Origin: Ascoidea asiatica JCM 7603
Lineage: Eukaryota; Fungi; Ascomycota
Length of the DNA stretch: 64,000 nt
NCBI GenBank assembly: GCA_001600695.1
Contig: BCKQ01000001.1
Location: forward strand, 1,510,171 to 1,574,170
Reading direction: 5' to 3'
Shown here: positions 59,470-64,000 of the stretch, piece after piece
Numbering within the stretch: the first letter of the stretch is position 1
Layout of the letters: every line of letters starts with the position of its first letter
Notes under the pieces: model-generated
Database searches by the model: none
Told to the model about the DNA's origin: nothing
Seen by the model: only the letters and a program-made list of their open reading frames with translations
Made by a program: the position numbers and the translations under genes

Positions 59470-62400
59470 ATGGATGGTTTAAACTCATCTAATTCTAATC
59501 ATGATAAAAAAATAAATCCTGACATAAATAGTAATAAAAGTAATAACAGTAGTAGTAGAAGTAACTTAACTAATCAATTTCAATATAATTCAAGTACTTC
59601 TTATCCTTCCTTATTATCTATATATTCTCAACCACAATTTTTTCGTTCAAGGCCTATATCTACTTCAAATCCTATTCAAAACAGGCAATCCATAAATAAT
59701 TCTTCAAATGATCAAAATGATTTAATCGAAAAAAAGAGGGATTCAAAATCCTCAAAACCTTCAATTGCTTCAAAATTGAATATAAATAATTCTTTAATTA
59801 CAAATTCTTTAATAGATTCAAGTCTTATACATTCCATGACAAATAATTCTAATTCTTCAATTGATTTATATAATAATTCTCGTCAATTAAATGATAATAT
59901 AAATGATAATGGTTATTCATTTGATAATAATTTTTTAAATTCTCCTGCTTTATCTAATTCTTTAATTTCTCAAAATAATTTAATCTCAAATTCAATTTCA
60001 AATTCATTATCCAATTCAAATAATAAAATTAAAAGAAGTCAAACTTTAAATTTCGAAATTAATTCAAATGATAATATTGATAAGTTATCTAATCCGAATC
60101 CACATTCAAATATAAAACCAAAATCAAAAATTTCTTTATCTAATTTATCTAAATATCTAAATGAAAAAAAAGTTAAGTCTAACAATAATGATCTTAATAC
60201 TAATATAAATGATAATGAAAAAGATAGTGACAATGATATAATAAAAAATGATTCAAAATATTCAAAAAATTCAAAAAATTTTCCACCCAAATTTTCAAAA
60301 TCAAATAAACTGTGGAATCTGATTAATTTTTCCGAAAAAAATAATCAAAAGCTATTAATTAATAAAAGATTAAATACAATAAATAATTCCAAAACAAATA
60401 TTAAAAATAAGAACAATAAAAATATAGATATCATTAGTAATAATGACAATAACAATAACAATAATAAAAACTCAGAAAATTTTGATCTTAGTTTAAATTC
60501 ATCTTCATCTTCTCCTTCTTTTTCTCAAACTCTTAGAACAAGCCAGACTTTTCCAAAATGTTCAACGCTTTTAGAAAGAGATTTCCCTGTAGAAATGGCT
60601 GCTTTTTCTTTATTACAAAAAGATCATAATGGTGAATATCATATAATATCTGATAATGATTATTTAAATTTAAATTCAAATAATTCAAATAATTTAAATG
60701 ATAATATCATAAACTCAACTTCAGATCTACAGCGACATAATGATAACAATGACATTGATAAGAAAAGTCCCTATTTAAAACAAGAAGCTTATCTCTCTTT
60801 AAGTTTTTCTCATCGATCTTTAAATAATTATGATAATTATGATAATTATAACATTGAAAAAAATTCTATTAATAATACTTCAAATACCAATATTGATGAT
60901 TCATATAATGAAAATTCTACTCTTTCAAAATATGGTGGTGCAATTATACCTTCAAAAGATTTTACTCCAAATTATAAAACAAAAAATTCAAAAACTAAAA
61001 AACTTGGTTTAACAAGAGCTCATGTACCTGATGCAACTTTATTATCTTTATTAAATAATCAAAAGTCATCTGATTTAAATGGTTTTATAAAAAATACAAT
61101 TTTACATCCAACTGTTTCAATTTATCATAATTTTGAGGAATTAATTGGTTTAGAAGATGAATATATTCCTGGTGTAGATTTTAAAAATTCTTTATTTAAT
61201 TGGTTCAAAACTGAAGATGAGTTAGAAAAATTCGGTCAATTACAAAATTTCAATCTTAAAAAAATCAAATTACTAAAAAAGTCTTCTACAAAAAAAAGTT
61301 TTTTCCCAAAAAATTCTTCACCAAAAAAATCTATTTTTAAAAGTACAGATGAATCACGAAATAGAAATAATTATCCAGTAATTGATGATGAAATTTTGCC
61401 AAATAATATTCCAATTTCTAATAAAAGTCCTGAAAAATTAAGTCTTTTATTTAATTCTTCAAATGATTTAAAAATTGAGAATAAAACAAATTCAAAAATA
61501 AAAACAAAAATAAAACCCAAAAATGACAATAAAAATGGAAATGAAAATAAAAATGTAAGTAAAATTGATGATTTCACTGATCTTCATTATTTTAATTCAA
61601 ATTTTTTTAATGAAAATCTTAAAAATTATAATAAGGATATCTCAAATTTTGATAATGTTTTGGAAAATGAGAAAAATTATGATAATTTTCATGGTGGTCA
61701 TAAAAAAATTGGGTTAACTAAAAAAATTTTAGAAGGAACTTCCAATAAAATTTTAAAACCGACTCAATATCATGGAACAATTATAACAAGAGATGTAAAT
61801 CCAGATAGAGAAAGAAAAAAACTTCATTCTGATAATCATCCTTTTATGCATCCGACAAGTTTACCATCCTCTTTAAATCTAATATCACCAGAATTAGTTA
61901 ATGTTAATAAATTTTTACCTATAGGTGAACCACATAGATCATCATCAATTTCAGAAACTGTTTTATTACCTAAAGTTGTTAAAGGTTCAAACTCTTCAAC
62001 CTCAAATAGTATAGAAACAAATTCCCCAGTATCCTTTTTCAATGATAATAGTTCCTCAGCTAATTTTTCAAGTAATTTATCAGCCAATTTATCTAGTAAT
62101 TTATCAGAAAGTATATCGGATTTAGATTATGAGAAATCATTAGATAAATTACCAAAAAATTTTTCTTCTTTAAATTTTGTTCAAAGAAATAAATTATTAT
62201 CAAAAATATCACCAGATGGTGATTATAAAACACTTTTACCATATGCTAGGAAAAAATTTCCAGAATTAAGAAAAAGAAAATCAGATGCTTCAGCATTTTT
62301 ATCTAGTATTAATTCATCAATTGGTGTTAAAAATCCAGAAAAATTACAAAAATTAAATTCAAAATTAAAAAATAATAATAATAATAATAATAGTAATAGT

Positions 62401-63798
62401 TTGAAATCTAAGAATGATGATTCATCTCCAAAGGATAATGTTGACTCTAAAGGTTCAATAGTACTTGCACATCAATTAGATAAAATAATTGGATATGGAT
62501 CATGGGGAGTTGTTAGAGAATGTCATCTTGTTAAAGATGCAAATGTTAAGAGAGCTGTTAAAATCATAAGTACTCTTTATCCAAGTGTTAAACGTAGATT
62601 TAAAAGAGAAATTAGAATTTGGTCAAGATTAAATCATAAAAGAATTTTACCATTATTTTATGTTCATGAAACAGATCACGCAATATTTTGTATATCACCA
62701 AGAATTTATGGTGGAACATTATATGATCTTGTTGCAACATGGGGAGCATATGACTCATATAATCCATCATTTCCGATGACAAAAAGATTAAAAATTATTA
62801 GATTATTTTGTTTTGAATTACTTGATGGATTATCATATATGCATTATAATGGGATTGTTCATGGAGATTTAAAATTAGAAAATTGTTTAATTGATGAAAC
62901 AGAAAATGAAAATGGAATTAAAGAAAACCATATTTTAATTACAGATTTTGGAATGAGTAGATTTTATTTAAAACCAAAAGTTAAACAAAGTTCAATATCC
63001 TCAGTTAGAAGTTTTTTTTCTGCGGAGGATTATGATGATGATAACCAAAGTTGGAAAAATTCATATGGTAGAGAATTCAATAAAAGAAATGATAATAATA
63101 ATGATGATGATGCTTTATATTTTTCAGTTAAAGCATCAGATAAAATAAATATTCCAAGATCATCATCAACAGAAAATTTGGTAGGAATTGATCGTAGAAA
63201 TAGTAGATTGTTTAGAATTATCTATAATAGAAAATTTGTTCATGATGATTCACCAATTCTAATGTCAAGAAATTTTGGTCCATCAATTACTTCAACAACA
63301 TATGAAATAAATTCAAATTTAGAAAATGAAGAAGAAAATAATTCAAATTTTTCAGAAAAAAATAAGAAAGATTATGAAGAATTTGGTATAAATAGTGCAA
63401 ATAAATTTTTAGAACCGATAAAATTCAATAATTTTGGAGAAGTTTTAAATGAATTTAATGATAGTAAAGGTACATTACCACATTCACATATCGGATCAAT
63501 GCCATATGCATCACCGGAGATTTTAATGGATGATCCACCTCCATTAGGACCAACAGCTGATATTTGGGCATTTGGAGTTTTACTATATACAATGATTGTT
63601 GGAGAATTACCATTTAATGTAAATTTTGAACCAAAACTTCGAGAAAAAATAAAAAATGAAGAAATTGATGAAAAAATTTTAAAAAAAGCATGTTTTTATG
63701 ATCCTGATTTAAATAAAATTGTCAAAGGATGTTTAACCAAGGATATTAACAAAAGATGGGATTTAAACAAAATTGTTAATGCAATTAATGAAAGATAA
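59470..63798 (+). CDS. NNK1: Ser/Thr protein kinase with a long low-complexity N-terminus (Nnk1-like)
   Basis: IIGYGSWGVVREC, VHGDLKLENCL, DFGMS, large insert, HSHIGSMPYASPE...PLGPTADIWAFG. Upstream LPKNFSSL.F.QR block. Confidence 0.8.
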   Translation: MDGLNSSNSNHDKKINPDINSNKSNNSSSRSNLTNQFQYNSSTSYPSLLSIYSQPQFFRSRPISTSNPIQNRQSINNSSNDQNDLIEKKRDSKSSKPSIASKLNINNSLITNSLIDSSLIHSMTNNSNSSIDLYNNSRQLNDNINDNGYSFDNNFLNSPALSNSLISQNNLISNSISNSLSNSNNKIKRSQTLNFEINSNDNIDKLSNPNPHSNIKPKSKISLSNLSKYLNEKKVKSNNNDLNTNINDNEKDSDNDIIKNDSKYSKNSKNFPPKFSKSNKLWNLINFSEKNNQKLLINKRLNTINNSKTNIKNKNNKNIDIISNNDNNNNNNKNSENFDLSLNSSSSSPSFSQTLRTSQTFPKCSTLLERDFPVEMAAFSLLQKDHNGEYHIISDNDYLNLNSNNSNNLNDNIINSTSDLQRHNDNNDIDKKSPYLKQEAYLSLSFSHRSLNNYDNYDNYNIEKNSINNTSNTNIDDSYNENSTLSKYGGAIIPSKDFTPNYKTKNSKTKKLGLTRAHVPDATLLSLLNNQKSSDLNGFIKNTILHPTVSIYHNFEELIGLEDEYIPGVDFKNSLFNWFKTEDELEKFGQLQNFNLKKIKLLKKSSTKKSFFPKNSSPKKSIFKSTDESRNRNNYPVIDDEILPNNIPISNKSPEKLSLLFNSSNDLKIENKTNSKIKTKIKPKNDNKNGNENKNVSKIDDFTDLHYFNSNFFNENLKNYNKDISNFDNVLENEKNYDNFHGGHKKIGLTKKILEGTSNKILKPTQYHGTIITRDVNPDRERKKLHSDNHPFMHPTSLPSSLNLISPELVNVNKFLPIGEPHRSSSISETVLLPKVVKGSNSSTSNSIETNSPVSFFNDNSSSANFSSNLSANLSSNLSESISDLDYEKSLDKLPKNFSSLNFVQRNKLLSKISPDGDYKTLLPYARKKFPELRKRKSDASAFLSSINSSIGVKNPEKLQKLNSKLKNNNNNNNSNSLKSKNDDSSPKDNVDSKGSIVLAHQLDKIIGYGSWGVVRECHLVKDANVKRAVKIISTLYPSVKRRFKREIRIWSRLNHKRILPLFYVHETDHAIFCISPRIYGGTLYDLVATWGAYDSYNPSFPMTKRLKIIRLFCFELLDGLSYMHYNGIVHGDLKLENCLIDETENENGIKENHILITDFGMSRFYLKPKVKQSSISSVRSFFSAEDYDDDNQSWKNSYGREFNKRNDNNNDDDALYFSVKASDKINIPRSSSTENLVGIDRRNSRLFRIIYNRKFVHDDSPILMSRNFGPSITSTTYEINSNLENEEENNSNFSEKNKKDYEEFGINSANKFLEPIKFNNFGEVLNEFNDSKGTLPHSHIGSMPYASPEILMDDPPPLGPTADIWAFGVLLYTMIVGELPFNVNFEPKLREKIKNEEIDEKILKKACFYDPDLNKIVKGCLTKDINKRWDLNKIVNAINER

Positions 63799-64000
63799 AG
63801 ATATATAAATTATTTTTCATTTTTGTCAATATTTGTTTCCTTTTGTATAAAACTATTAACGAATTAAATGCATTTTTTTTTATTAAATAACGTAAGCTCA
63901 AAGAAAATATATCAATTTTTTTGAAATATTGTTATTTTTTGGATTGTTTTTCAAAATTGAATTGAAAGTATTTTTATAATTCAATTATTAAATGATATCA

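Noticed and set aside
59325-59470. Possible 5'-UTR intron of NNK1 (GTATGT near 59325, TACTAAA near 59394)
   Set aside because: Non-canonical branch point and no AG acceptor before the ATG.

Overview
Very AT-rich budding-yeast (Saccharomycotina) nuclear DNA. Asn-rich low-complexity proteins, TACTAAC introns and rare CTG codons at polar positions suggest a CUG-reassigned lineage, possibly Ascoidea-like (inference). About 23 protein genes are mostly housekeeping: MNT1/KRE2, CLA4, TPO5, YJU2, ATP12, RET2, ERG20, MED8, MSI1, RIM2, PGI1, GPI2, TAF5, PRE6 (2 introns), RPR2, an LDAH-type hydrolase, GPM1, ATM1, ADE3, PRE2 and NNK1, plus two poorly characterised ORFs. The most striking item is hidden from the ORF track: a ~443-codon disrupted K1-like killer preprotoxin gene (47347-48675, minus strand), next to an ORF holding only the DNA-binding HTH domains of a pogo/CENP-B-like transposase, in an accessory patch between GPM1 and ATM1. 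Other observations: a second decayed ORF (12.8-14.8 kb), an Rpn4-type element inside a structured PRE6 intron, tandem SIM-like motifs on Msi1, a 4 x 114-bp coding repeat on Rpr2, a recurrent Reb1-like promoter motif, and GC-rich islands across which strand skew flips. No tRNA, rRNA or CRISPR was recognised. All homology calls come from visual comparison with remembered sequences, not from database searches.
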